Source: a virus (Duplodnaviria > Caudoviricetes). From it: DNA of 64,000 nucleotides. The stretch covers positions 1 through 64,000 of IMG/VR virus record IMGVR_UViG_3300020576_002361. One strand, given 5' to 3'. The notes beneath the pieces are model-generated. The model saw only the letters and a list, made by a program, of their open reading frames with translations, did no database searches and was not told the origin of the DNA. Positions 8,341-17,500 of this stretch are shown here, one piece after another. The translations under genes were made by a program, and so were the position numbers. How positions within the stretch are numbered: position 1 is the stretch's first letter; each line of letters opens with the position of its first letter.

Positions 8341-8412
8341 GGGTCTGTAGTTCAGCGGCAGAACGGCGCCCTGTTAAGGCGCGTGTCGGTGGTTCGATCC
8401 CACCCAGACCCT
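8341..8412 (+). tRNA. tRNA-Asn (GTT)
   Basis: GGGTCTG/CAGACCC; GCGCC-CT GTT AA-GGCGC. Confidence 0.9.
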
Positions 8413-8507
8413 TTTGGATGGTACAGAAATAATGATGTTCATTACTAAACTTTTAGTCTGGAAAAAAGACGAAATCAAAACAATCAAAAATGGAGATAAT
8501 ATTATAG

Positions 8508-8598
8508 GGATGGTCGACGCAGGTCGGTGAGGCGTAAGCGATTGCTAATCGCTCGTATCCATATATGGGTACCGTCAGTTCAACTCTGACACCATCCG
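8508..8598 (+). tRNA. tRNA-Ser (GCT)
   Basis: Long variable arm, G73, AGCGA-TT GCT AA-TCGCT. Confidence 0.9.
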
Positions 8599-8602
8599 CT
8601 TT

Positions 8603-8688
8603 GGATGAGACACAGATATCGGTTTTCTGTACTTCCTTGGAAAGGAAGCGTCCCTCAAAGGACTGTTGGTTCGACTCCAATCTCATCC
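8603..8688 (+). tRNA. tRNA-Ser (GGA)
   Basis: Long variable arm, G73, CTTCC-TT GGA AA-GGAAG. Confidence 0.85.
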
Positions 8689-8709
8689 GCTTAATTTAAG
8701 GAGTATACA

Positions 8710-8862
8710 TGTTGAGTTATACTGCCATTATATTGTTTGTCGTCTTTGTGATAGGTTTCTTGACAATGATACGTCGTATTCTAGGATTCAAGGACACAAC
8801 GAATTGCACCTGCAACGATATGTTCTTTGATCCTTGTTGCCCAGAACACGGGCATAGATAAA
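8710..8862 (+). CDS. Small membrane protein with Cys/His-rich tail (50 aa)
   Basis: SD AAGGAG; N-terminal hydrophobic helix, then CTC...DPCCPEHGH; not in ORF track. Confidence 0.55.
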
Positions 8863-8876
8863 TGTAAGATGACTTT

Positions 8877-8963
8877 GGAAAGGATCCGGCTGGATCAGGG
8901 GACGGTCTTGAAAACCGTTGGATTGTGAAAACAGTCTTGTGAGTTCGAGTCTCACCCTTTCCG
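8877..8963 (+). tRNA. tRNA-Ser (TGA)
   Basis: GGAAAGG/CCTTTCC; ACGGT-CT TGA AA-ACCGT; long variable arm; G73. Confidence 0.9.
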
Positions 8964-8976
8964 TTTACCAACTTAA

Positions 8977-9095
8977 CCTCGCTACCTATCGACCCGGTAG
9001 ACGCAGGGCCGCAGGCATCTGCTAAAAGCCTCCGTGAGTAACGGAAACACGACGGTGTGGGTGGGTTCGTGGATCACCCTAAGATCCATGCGAGG
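8977..9095 (+). ncRNA. tRNA-Ser-like structured RNA of non-canonical shape
   Basis: Closing stem CCTCGC/GCGAGG; arms CTACC/GGTAG, AGGC/GCCT around CTGCTAA, CCGT/ACGG, ACAC/GTGT, CGTGGATC/GATCCATG. Confidence 0.45.
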
Positions 9096-9244
9096 CCTCG
9101 ACGGAGGAACTGTTGGTTTATCAGGAGACTAGAAAATGAAGTTGAGACTCAATCCGCATTTGTGGGAAGAAGCGAAAGAAGCAGGTATAGACTTGGAATG
9201 GTTATACTTGTTTATATCAAAATTTGAGATAGTAGGAGTTTAGT

Positions 9245-9487
9245 ATGAACGCGGCAGAAGCAAAAGCACAAGCAATATCTAACGAATCTAAACGTATCAA
9301 AACAGAACTGGCGATGGTTCGAGAAAAAATACAGGAACAAGTGGATGCTGGATATTTCTGCGTTAGAATCGAACCTAGCGGATTTATTCACCCCGGGGTT
9401 TGGGAAATACTAAAGGCGGAAGGATATGCGGTAGAGTCTTCACAGAAAATAATGCAAAGATATAACTATCATCTGATTGAATGGTAG
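9245..9487 (+). CDS. Hypothetical protein (80 aa), paralog of 11821-12066
   Basis: Similar N-terminus (MNAAEAKAQA vs MKADEAKKAA) and L...GYAVE...W end. Confidence 0.65.
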   Translation: MNAAEAKAQAISNESKRIKTELAMVREKIQEQVDAGYFCVRIEPSGFIHPGVWEILKAEGYAVESSQKIMQRYNYHLIEW

Positions 9488-9528
9488 AACTTCTTCCCAG
9501 ACCTACATACAATAGACGACAATCGCAC

Positions 9529-9600
9529 GGGACTCTAACATAGACGGTAGTGTGCCTGCCTGAAGAGCAGGAAGGCGGGGTTCAATTCCCCGGGGTCCCA
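9529..9600 (+). tRNA. tRNA-Phe (GAA)
   Basis: CCTGC-CT GAA GA-GCAGG; TTCAATT loop. Confidence 0.85.
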
Positions 9601-9602
9601 TT

Positions 9603-9947
9603 ATGAAAACAATAATCGCTGGTTCTAGAAATATTGAAAACGCAAACGCAGTCCAAGAAGCTATCTTGGAAAGTAAGTTTACTATTACAGAAGTAGTTTC
9701 TGGTGGAGCAGTTGGTATTGACCAAATCGGGGAAGACTGGGCACGCAGAAATAACGTGAGAATGACTAGGTTCATGCCCGAATGGACTACTTACGGCAAA
9801 GCTGCTGGGGTAATACGCAACGGTCAAATGGCTAAGTATGCTGATGCCCTAATAGCTGTCTGGGATGGTAAGAGTAGGGGAACAAAGAATATGATAGATG
9901 AAGCAAAAAAGCTAGGATTAAAAGTTTACGTTAAGATAGTCAACTAA
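9603..9947 (+). CDS. DUF2493/YspA-like SLOG-family protein
   Basis: IIAGSR, VVSGGAVGID, YGKAAGVIRNGQMA, WDGKSRGT motifs. Confidence 0.85.
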   Translation: MKTIIAGSRNIENANAVQEAILESKFTITEVVSGGAVGIDQIGEDWARRNNVRMTRFMPEWTTYGKAAGVIRNGQMAKYADALIAVWDGKSRGTKNMIDEAKKLGLKVYVKIVN

Positions 9948-9958
9948 ATATACGATAC

Positions 9959-10033
9959 ACCACCATAGCTCAGTCTGGCCAGAGCTGCTGACTTTTAATC
10001 AGTAGGTCGGGGGTTCAAATCCCTCTGGTGGTA
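9959..10033 (+). tRNA. tRNA-Lys (TTT)
   Basis: GCTGA-CT TTT AA-TCAGT. Confidence 0.9.
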
Positions 10034-10057
10034 TTAAACCCCTTTAAAGGAGCCTGA

Positions 10058-10723
10058 ATGAATTATTTTAAGTTTCTGTTCTGTATGATCGCTTGTCTTT
10101 GTTTGACCTGTTGTTCTGCTAGAGGGCAATGCCCGCCCGGATATGTAGATATTAATACATCTCTTCCGAGTTACGAACCACCAAATTGGATTGAGCCGGG
10201 GGATGCACTATTCAATCCATGTTGGGAAGCGTTTAATGCCACTATAAATTCGATTCTATCAGATTTTATAGCCTGCCAGAAAGAGAAAAGCCCTGCTGGA
10301 TATCCCTTCTGCACTACAGCAGAACAGAAAAATATGTGCGAATTTATTATGACCGCAGCATTTAACCAAGCCTTTGATGCTTATGTTGACTGTATCTTTA
10401 CTAACTACCCACCTCCTTCTGACGTAACTCCTCCTCCTGGTATCTCATGCCCCTCAGGATTCAACTGTATTCCTCCTTCAGCAGAAGATGCTTTGACAAT
10501 CCTTCTTCCGTGGGAGGGATTCGATGAAAATGACGAATGCTATGGAACCTATGTTTACAATATGAAGCTGCTACATAAGTCATATATTAACGGTATTGTT
10601 ACGTGCGACCATGTAGGGTTCTATTGCTGGAGTTGTACTTGTGTGGAATTCTGGAAAGAGACTTACCAGAACGAAGCCGAAGATCTCTACGAAGATTATC
10701 TAAACTGCCTCTTTGGTGCTTAA
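10058..10723 (+). CDS. Cys/Pro-rich putative secreted protein (221 aa)
   Basis: SD AAGGAG; N-terminal hydrophobic signal-like segment; many Cys and PP runs. Confidence 0.65.
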   Translation: MNYFKFLFCMIACLCLTCCSARGQCPPGYVDINTSLPSYEPPNWIEPGDALFNPCWEAFNATINSILSDFIACQKEKSPAGYPFCTTAEQKNMCEFIMTAAFNQAFDAYVDCIFTNYPPPSDVTPPPGISCPSGFNCIPPSAEDALTILLPWEGFDENDECYGTYVYNMKLLHKSYINGIVTCDHVGFYCWSCTCVEFWKETYQNEAEDLYEDYLNCLFGA

Positions 10724-10738
10724 CTTACCATCCAACAT

Positions 10739-10969
10739 GTGTATAACTACACCTGTTGGGTTTACAAGGAGATTCTTATGATTTATGATGAGACCAATTT
10801 AGATAATAGCGAATGCCATCTTTTCTTCCCTGGTGATACTTTAGAAGATTGTTACAACATGTGGCATCAAGAAACTCTAAAAATGAATACTGGAGACTGG
10901 ATTTCTTCTAGCTTACACAGTCCCAATAAGATTAAGATGCTAGAAAGCTTTGAACAATATTGGATGTAA
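10739..10969 (+). CDS. Hypothetical protein
   Basis: ORF between gene and tRNA. Confidence 0.45.
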   Translation: MYNYTCWVYKEILMIYDETNLDNSECHLFFPGDTLEDCYNMWHQETLKMNTGDWISSSLHSPNKIKMLESFEQYWM

Positions 10970-10976
10970 ATCCAAG

Positions 10977-11048
10977 CGGATCGTAGCTCAGAGGTAGAGT
11001 AGGGTCTTGATAAGGCCTTGGTCGCAGGTTCAAGTCCTGCCGATCCGA
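10977..11048 (+). tRNA. tRNA-Ile (GAT)
   Basis: CGGATCG/CGATCCG; loop TT GAT AA. Confidence 0.9.
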
Positions 11049-11071
11049 TTAGACGGTTTAGATGATTCGAG

Positions 11072-11099
11072 TTGACTCAAGATTTTTGTTGTCTATAAT
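11072..11099 (+). promoter_or_regulatory. Promoter TTGACT-N16-TATAAT
   Basis: Directly upstream of ATG 11105. Confidence 0.75.
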
Positions 11100-11104
11100 A
11101 TATC

Positions 11105-11338
11105 ATGAAATACAACGAATATACTCGACTACGAGAAGAATGGAATAAACAGTTTTCTGAAGCCTATAAAAATCTTCCAAAAGAACCAGAAGCTCCCAGA
11201 CTTAATATAAACAGAAAGATTTTTATTGCTTTACATCATGGCGGGTCAACAGTAATAGACGGCGATGATGGAAAAGTTTATTTGTCAAAAGAAGAAGCCA
11301 TAGAAATGGCTAAATGGATTATGGATGTATATTCATGA
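11105..11338 (+). CDS. Hypothetical protein (77 aa)
   Basis: ORF after promoter; resembles the next ORF (Y+EW...PEPP.RP...L...EA...A.W). Confidence 0.6.
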   Translation: MKYNEYTRLREEWNKQFSEAYKNLPKEPEAPRLNINRKIFIALHHGGSTVIDGDDGKVYLSKEEAIEMAKWIMDVYS

Positions 11339-11580
11339 ACAACAAAAAGTATCAAAAAGAATATAAGGAATGGAAACAAAAACAAGACGTTTGGGCTGCG
11401 ATGGAACCCGATCCTCCAGCGAGACCCGAATTCAAGACGGCAGAAGGTGAGCTTATTGCCTTCCTCAACGAAGATGGTTGTGTTATATTCACACAGATGT
11501 TCAGGAATACATTAAATTTGCCTCCCAATGAAATGTTAAGATTTTCTTCTTGGCTGTCGGAAACATTTCACTACGGGTAA
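11314..11580 (+). CDS. Hypothetical protein (likely start 11335)
   Basis: ORF coupled by ATGA overlap. Confidence 0.55.
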   Translation: MDYGCIFMNNKKYQKEYKEWKQKQDVWAAMEPDPPARPEFKTAEGELIAFLNEDGCVIFTQMFRNTLNLPPNEMLRFSSWLSETFHYG

Positions 11581-11584
11581 ACTA

Positions 11585-11824
11585 ATGAAAAGAACTATTC
11601 ATCCAATGAATGTTGCGGAAGGTGATATCGTTGAATTTATGGAAGATGACTTCCATGGAAAGTCTAACAATTTTATTCCAAAAGGAACAAAAGCAAAATT
11701 TCTGGAATGGATTGAAGACGAAGTTTCGGAATACGCCTTAGCAAGCGTAATACCGATAGATACGGATATAGAAGGGTGGATTTGGACAAATCCAAACATT
11801 CTTGTTGTTGAGGAATCAGCATGA
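11585..11824 (+). CDS. Hypothetical protein (79 aa)
   Basis: ORF in operon. Confidence 0.55.
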   Translation: MKRTIHPMNVAEGDIVEFMEDDFHGKSNNFIPKGTKAKFLEWIEDEVSEYALASVIPIDTDIEGWIWTNPNILVVEESA

Positions 11825-12066
11825 AAGCAGACGAAGCAAAAAAAGCGGCCATGCACAATAGAGTAGACCTGTCAACCGCACAGTTGAAACATGTTCGAGA
11901 AACAATAGGAGAATCCGTTAAACGCGGCAAATTGTATTGCGTAATAGAAGTCATGAATGGAGAACTACTTCCGGGTGCCCAAGATACACTACGGTCGGAC
12001 GGTTATGCTGTAGAACGAGATACTGGGTGTTGGTCTAAAGCTAGATATTTTGTCAAGTGGGAATGA
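11821..12066 (+). CDS. Hypothetical protein (81 aa), paralog of 9245-9487
   Basis: Sequence similarity noted by eye. Confidence 0.65.
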   Translation: MKADEAKKAAMHNRVDLSTAQLKHVRETIGESVKRGKLYCVIEVMNGELLPGAQDTLRSDGYAVERDTGCWSKARYFVKWE

Positions 12067-12074
12067 TATAAATA
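12067..12074 (+). promoter_or_regulatory. T4-type late promoter TATAAATA
   Basis: Exact consensus 5 nt before a tRNA-like gene. Confidence 0.6.
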
Positions 12075-12079
12075 GTGTT

Positions 12080-12157
12080 AGTCCTGTAGCGAAATTGGCC
12101 GTCGCGGCAGCCCTACATGCTGTGTCATTTATGTGGGTTCGAATCCCACCAGGACTA
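12080..12157 (+). tRNA. Atypical tRNA: Leu-like body with anticodon loop CC-UAC-AU
   Basis: AGTCCTG/CAGGACT acceptor, AAATTGGC D-loop, GCAGC/GCTGT stem, 9-nt variable region, GTGGG-TTCGAAT-CCCAC; lacks U33 and purine 38. Confidence 0.55.
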
Positions 12158-12889
12158 TTTCTTGTAGGATATACCAAGTAACTTACATCTCTTTCTAATA
12201 GAGTTATCTGATACTCCATATATTTTGGCTACTGCACATATATTATAATTCTTCTCTTGTATCGTATTGATAAGTTCTTCCTTTGATGGATTGAACCTTC
12301 TTGTAAATCCAGCAATACCGGCGACGGCACAACTTCTACATTGTATAGAAACTCTGTTCTTAGTTTTTCCACACGAACACAAATCTTGTTTTGGTTTTTT
12401 GTTTTCTGCTCTATATTCGTTTGTTATCTGCGAATGACAATTGGGACACAGGAATCTCAAATTCTCGATACGATTATCGTTATTTACTTGATTTATATGA
12501 TCCAATTCAAGAGATAGTGACTTTCCGTTCCATTCTGGACCAATTTTACATATGGAACATTCATTTGGTAAAAGATTGTTTTCTACCATTCTCTTCTTCA
12601 AAGAACCTCTACCGCATAAAGAATTTTCACAAAAACAATTTTCATCCGATTTTTTATTTTTTGTGCCACATATTTTAGATAATTTTTTCCTATATTCGTT
12701 ATAATTTTCATTAAATTTGGTCATATCCAAATTATCTTGTCTTATTCTTTCTTTCAATTGCCGGTATCGAATACCCTGAACCGATGTCATTTGAACAAGT
12801 TTTTGAATAACCTCTTTCATTGTACTGCTTGTATCTAAATACCCCTGCAACGTTTCTTTATCAACTATCCACATTTGACTCGTTTTCAT
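12155..12889 (-). CDS. HNH homing endonuclease inside the tRNA array
   Basis: CxxC...LELDHINQVNNDNRIENLRFLCPNCHSQ; additional CxC/CxxC and C-terminal HTH-like segment. Confidence 0.9.
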   Translation of the reverse strand: MKTSQMWIVDKETLQGYLDTSSTMKEVIQKLVQMTSVQGIRYRQLKERIRQDNLDMTKFNENYNEYRKKLSKICGTKNKKSDENCFCENSLCGRGSLKKRMVENNLLPNECSICKIGPEWNGKSLSLELDHINQVNNDNRIENLRFLCPNCHSQITNEYRAENKKPKQDLCSCGKTKNRVSIQCRSCAVAGIAGFTRRFNPSKEELINTIQEKNYNICAVAKIYGVSDNSIRKRCKLLGISYKK

Positions 12890-12918
12890 AAATTTCCCTT
12901 TACATTCGAACCCACAAC

Positions 12919-12926
12919 TATTTATA
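12919..12926 (-). promoter_or_regulatory. Late promoter TATAAATA for the HNH gene
   Basis: Exact consensus about 30 nt upstream of start. Confidence 0.6.
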
Positions 12927-12969
12927 TAATTTGATACTTTGGTGGTTCGAAATTAAGAAAATATTCGAC

Positions 12970-13019
12970 TTGACTTGAGAATTTTGCAGTCTATAATCTA
13001 GTGTTCTGATGTATAAATA
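12970..13019 (+). promoter_or_regulatory. Tandem early/middle promoter (12970-12997) and late promoter TATAAATA (13012-13019)
   Basis: Both motifs lie upstream of tRNA-Ala. Confidence 0.7.
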
Positions 13020-13027
13020 GATAATAT

Positions 13028-13098
13028 GGGGTTGTAGCTCAATAGTAGAGCATTCGGTTTGCATCCGAAAGGTTGCGCATTCGCCTGCGTCAACTCCA
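13028..13098 (+). tRNA. tRNA-Ala (TGC)
   Basis: G3:U70 pair, TTCGG-TT TGC AT-CCGAA; shortened 6-nt T-loop. Confidence 0.8.
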
Positions 13099-13119
13099 CT
13101 TTACAGTAAAAAATTACCA

Positions 13120-13191
13120 CGGGGTATAGGAAAGCGGTATTCCGCCTCATTTGGGATGAGGAGATCGTGTGTTCAATCCACACTACCCCGA
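13120..13191 (+). tRNA. tRNA-Pro (TGG)
   Basis: CGGGGTA/TACCCCG; CCTCA-TT TGG GA-TGAGG. Confidence 0.85.
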
Positions 13192-13289
13192 TTATGAAAA
13201 AGAAAACATCAACAAATAAAGTCACTACCAAACCACCTGCGCCTAAGCCGGCTCCACCAAATCAAACACGTATTGTCATCGGATAATCC

Positions 13290-13622
13290 ATGTTTAAACT
13301 CCTAGCTATTCTTTCCACCCTGTTTGTTGGTCCGCAAGAACCAACATATGTCAAGATATATGACATAAAGGATCTGGAGTGTATGGTTCCTGAGTTTGCT
13401 GTTTCCGTGAGGCTAGATCTAAGGAGTGCTTTGGAACACAATCCACAAATCATAGCAGCGCAACCAGACACAGTAAACAGAGAGAGATTCGATTCTCAAT
13501 CCTTTGTAGACCTAATGAAAGCTATAGTTGATCCGGATAATGAAGGACCAACCAATATAACTTATTGGAGAGGTAGTTTAATAGTAAACACCACCGATAG
13601 CATTCATAAAACAATAAAATGA
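13290..13622 (+). CDS. Hypothetical protein resembling a secretin N-terminal (NolW-like) domain
   Basis: Signal-like N-terminus; KIYDIKDL...GSLIVNTTDSIH pattern. Confidence 0.4.
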   Translation: MFKLLAILSTLFVGPQEPTYVKIYDIKDLECMVPEFAVSVRLDLRSALEHNPQIIAAQPDTVNRERFDSQSFVDLMKAIVDPDNEGPTNITYWRGSLIVNTTDSIHKTIK

Positions 13623-13972
13623 AATATATTTGCCTGACTAAGCAAAATACCATTGATATAGTTTTTATAAACACGCAACCGGAACTAGTGAAATGTTTTG
13701 TTTATCACTCCAAGAATAAGGTAGCCAGGATACTTAATGAAATTCCTGCTGAGAAACATTATACACCAGAGTCTTTCAATAAAGACATCGTAATGTATAA
13801 AATACAGCATATATATCCAGAACTGGGTATATGTAAGGATAGCTTCAATAACTACGCTATATTTGATGGAATCAATATTCAGGAGTATCAGCAGTATTTG
13901 CTCTTCCCTTTGGATTCTTTAAAAATGTTAAGAGAAACGAAGAAAGGGATGACATGGACTTACCTAGCATGA
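13619..13972 (+). CDS. Hypothetical protein (117 aa)
   Basis: ORF in operon. Confidence 0.55.
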   Translation: MKYICLTKQNTIDIVFINTQPELVKCFVYHSKNKVARILNEIPAEKHYTPESFNKDIVMYKIQHIYPELGICKDSFNNYAIFDGINIQEYQQYLLFPLDSLKMLRETKKGMTWTYLA

Positions 13973-14355
13973 CTTTTGAAAAGTTACCTAACATAGAAAT
14001 ATTTGTCTTTGGTTCCAACAAAGCAGGTCGTCATGGAGCTGGCTCAGCGTTACATGCCAGGAGACATCATGGAGCCATTTACGGTCAAGGTGTTGGTTTA
14101 CAAGGCGAATCGTATGCTATACCCACCAAGGACGAAAATCTGAATGTCCTCAGCATAGAAGAAATAAAGACCTATGTAAACGATTTCATATTGTTTGCTC
14201 TGAACCATCAAGAATGTAAGTTTAAGATAGTTAGAATAGGTTGTGGATTAGCAGGGTATACTAATGAGCAAATGGCTCCGTTATTCAAAGATTGTTCACC
14301 AAACTGTATTCTTCCAAAAGAATGGATACCAATAATAAGGAATGAAAATGTCTGA
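13954..14355 (+). CDS. A1S_2505-family (macro-like) phage protein
   Basis: IFVFGSNKAGRHGAGSAL, GQSYAIPT-like and RIGCGLAG motifs. Confidence 0.75.
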   Translation: MDLPSMTFEKLPNIEIFVFGSNKAGRHGAGSALHARRHHGAIYGQGVGLQGESYAIPTKDENLNVLSIEEIKTYVNDFILFALNHQECKFKIVRIGCGLAGYTNEQMAPLFKDCSPNCILPKEWIPIIRNENV

Positions 14356-14572
14356 GAAAAGATTTGTTGCTAGAACCGCTTTCTTTTTGGCCTTTATCGG
14401 TATTGCTTTTGGAGCCTATAACTACTATAGAGCTACAGTAGCCAAGATTGCTATAGATAATCTTGAGACAAGAATAGGATATACAGAATCCATTATTCAG
14501 AAGATGCTAGTTAGCGAAATAACCAGACAAAATGCTCCGTTTGAGTTTCCCGTGCCAACGACGAGGAACTAA
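14342..14572 (+). CDS. Small membrane-anchored protein
   Basis: N-terminal TM helix AFFLAFIGIAFGAY. Confidence 0.55.
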   Translation: MKMSEKRFVARTAFFLAFIGIAFGAYNYYRATVAKIAIDNLETRIGYTESIIQKMLVSEITRQNAPFEFPVPTTRN

Positions 14573-17500
14573 CGGATTATATCAAGTTTTCCGTTATTAG
14601 TTACCAGTTTACCTTTAGCGTCTCTTACCCTCTTTGGGTTGTTTATAAAATTGTAGTTCAATGAGTTAGTACCCGGATCTCCAGTATTTCCGGGTCTTTC
14701 TTGTGATGTAGAGCCTGTAGGACTCGGTACTTCATAGACGGTGATATAGTTAGATTTGCTTATAGAGGATGTTAAGCCGCTGTTCCAGACCATAGAATAG
14801 CTAATACTATAGAATCCTGAACTTTCATATGCGTGGGTTAGGGATACTATGGTCTGCCCGCTTAACATACTAGCCGTAGAACCATCACCGAAGTCTATAA
14901 CCAAGGATCGGTAAGTGGTAGCGTAATCAGTAGGATCTATAGTAGAAACGTCAGTAAATGTAACAGTTAGTGGAGCATATCCAGATAAAGGATCTCCTTC
15001 TACGTTTGCTGTTCCTGTTACTCCTTCCGAGGATACTACAATATAGTTTGTCTTGGTTAAAGTATCTGTATCATAACCATTGTCTATATCAAGTCTTACA
15101 TTATAAGACCCTGCTCCAACATACTGATATGAAGCCGTAACTCCCTGACCGCTTGGACCAGTGAGAGTGCCGTGGAAATACCACGTAGCAGTTCCGCCTG
15201 GATTCCAAGAATCTGACGAATCAAACACTACAGTTAATGGTGACTCTCCGCTTTGAATATTGGAATCAAAGAAAGCATATACAGGATTCTTGCCATACGA
15301 ATCAGGCGTTCCTATGAAATTTAGTTCTGGTTGATATGTATTCACTGGAACGTGAGTATAGATATCTTTCTGTAGGAGCAGTTTGATGGCTCCACTAATA
15401 CCAGTAGCTCCAGCAACTCCATAATTAGTATATTGCGGCTTATGTATTAGCCCTCTTGCGTCGAATACAAAGAACGGTCCGGCTCCGTTTTCCCAAACAG
15501 ATCTTCTGATAAAGGTAAAGTAGTCATATTCAGACGGTCGGTGCATTATGGCTGTAGCACCTCTTGCTGTTCCATTTTGATATAACATCTGGAATAGAGG
15601 ATAAGAAGTTGATACTTGTATTGCTTCTCTTGGCCATGGATTTTGAGTTGGAGTAGTAGAGGAAAGCGTATAACCGTTTCCTGTCTGACTTCCATAACCA
15701 GCAGTTTCTGGCTCAGTTAGCCAAGGACAAATATACAAAGTCCTGTTTGACATTTCATCAAAATATGCCATATTATTAGACATTTGTTGTATTTGTTTCA
15801 AGCTATAATATAGACGGGCTTTAGTATAATCCTGTTGGTTTAAGAAGCTGTCTCCAAATGGAGTCGCATATCCAGCCACACCCGTATTTACAGAATAAGT
15901 GCCTGTAAGATTAAATCCACCACTCACTCCTGTTATGCCCGCTTGATAACATTTTTCCAGAAATGTTCGATATGTCTTCTTATCAAACCATCCATCAGCT
16001 CCGGTCAAACCAGAAGAGGTAGGACCGGATGGACCAAAACCACTACCAACCCAGCCAGATCTATTAGCGGTCTGCTCTACTGGAGTATTACCAGCCGCAA
16101 GACCAAAGAACTGCTGAGCTTCTCTGTTTAAGCTGGTAGAATCAAAATAATTGAATCCCAGCAAAGAAGACACCCCATCTAGGTTAGGAGGGAATATACT
16201 TACGGCATCGTTTGGAGTATACGAACTTCCTGTATATCCAGACATTAAATCTATTTCATAAGTTAAGCTAGGTACTTTTCCGCGATTACATGGGTATTGC
16301 TTGCTGCCCAACATATAATCGTATTCGCCTAATATCTTAATATTCGGGAAATAATTCTTTGCTTCTCCATAAATCTTACTCATTAACCAGTAAGTATGGG
16401 CATTGTGAAAACTAGTTAACCAGTTCTTAAATGTTGGGTTAATGTCTTCCGAAGATTGTCCAGGATCATGTGCGGTGTATCTGATATTAGCCACATCTAA
16501 AGTTATACCACCCGGATTAGTAGGATCATTACTTGGAGTTGCTGCGCCTATAAACTGAGCTGGTCTATACTGATTTGGGCTATAGTTACATCCCGAAGTA
16601 GTCGAGTGATTGAATGGTCCTGTTCTTCCCCACAAGTCCTTTAGAGTGATCTTATCAAAGAACTGATAGGTCGATGCTCTAGGATCGTTGATTAGCTGAG
16701 GCCAGTATCCAGCATCATGTGTTTGCCCTGTTACTGCCGCTCCGAGAGGACCTGTATAACTAGAAGGAATATTAACAAACAAATAAGGGGAGCTTATGTT
16801 TATGTAGGTAACATCTACTCCTCCTAAGTTCCTGGTGTAGTTTACCGCAGTCGAGGCATCTGTTATGGCATAAGTTCCAGAAGAGCTAGTTAAACCAATA
16901 TATCCAGTTTTACCGGTCCACGTAGATGAAGTTCCTGTATTCAGTTTTACAACCTGTAAAGATCCAGTTGTTCCTCCAGAATAAGTATATTTTCTTATAG
17001 CTAACGGATAGCTTCTTGTAGCATCTAAGTTACCAGTAAGAGGAGAGAAAGGCCAAACTGGTGTAGTGTAAATATTGTATCCAGTAAACGAACCAGCCGT
17101 AACACCTGTTAATCCCAGCGTCACGGTTGACACATAAGTTTGTTCCGCTACCGCCTGCGATCCTATTACCTGTGTTGGGAAATATTCGTTATCTGAGTTA
17201 ATGAACTGAGGATAAGTTAATCCTGGTGTATATGGTATTCTTCTATCCAACTCGTTCTTCATGCTCTCGAATATTTTATTTACGCCATACATAGCACCAG
17301 ACAAACCAGCCTGACAATATATGCTGCTCTTGCTAATATTTGAAGCATCTGTTACGCCGATTGCGAACGTTCCACCAGCCATCGTAAGAACGTCGCTAGG
17401 ATGATGCCAGACAGCCAACCATGAAGCAGTAGGTCCGCCAGATGTAATAGCACCAGCAGCTAAAGTAGTCGGCGTTGTATCTGTGTATTCGGCATACGGT

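Noticed and set aside
8877-8963. TGA-containing tRNA as an opal suppressor or tRNA-Sec
   Set aside because: Anticodon UGA reads UCA (Ser); an opal reader would need anticodon UCA.
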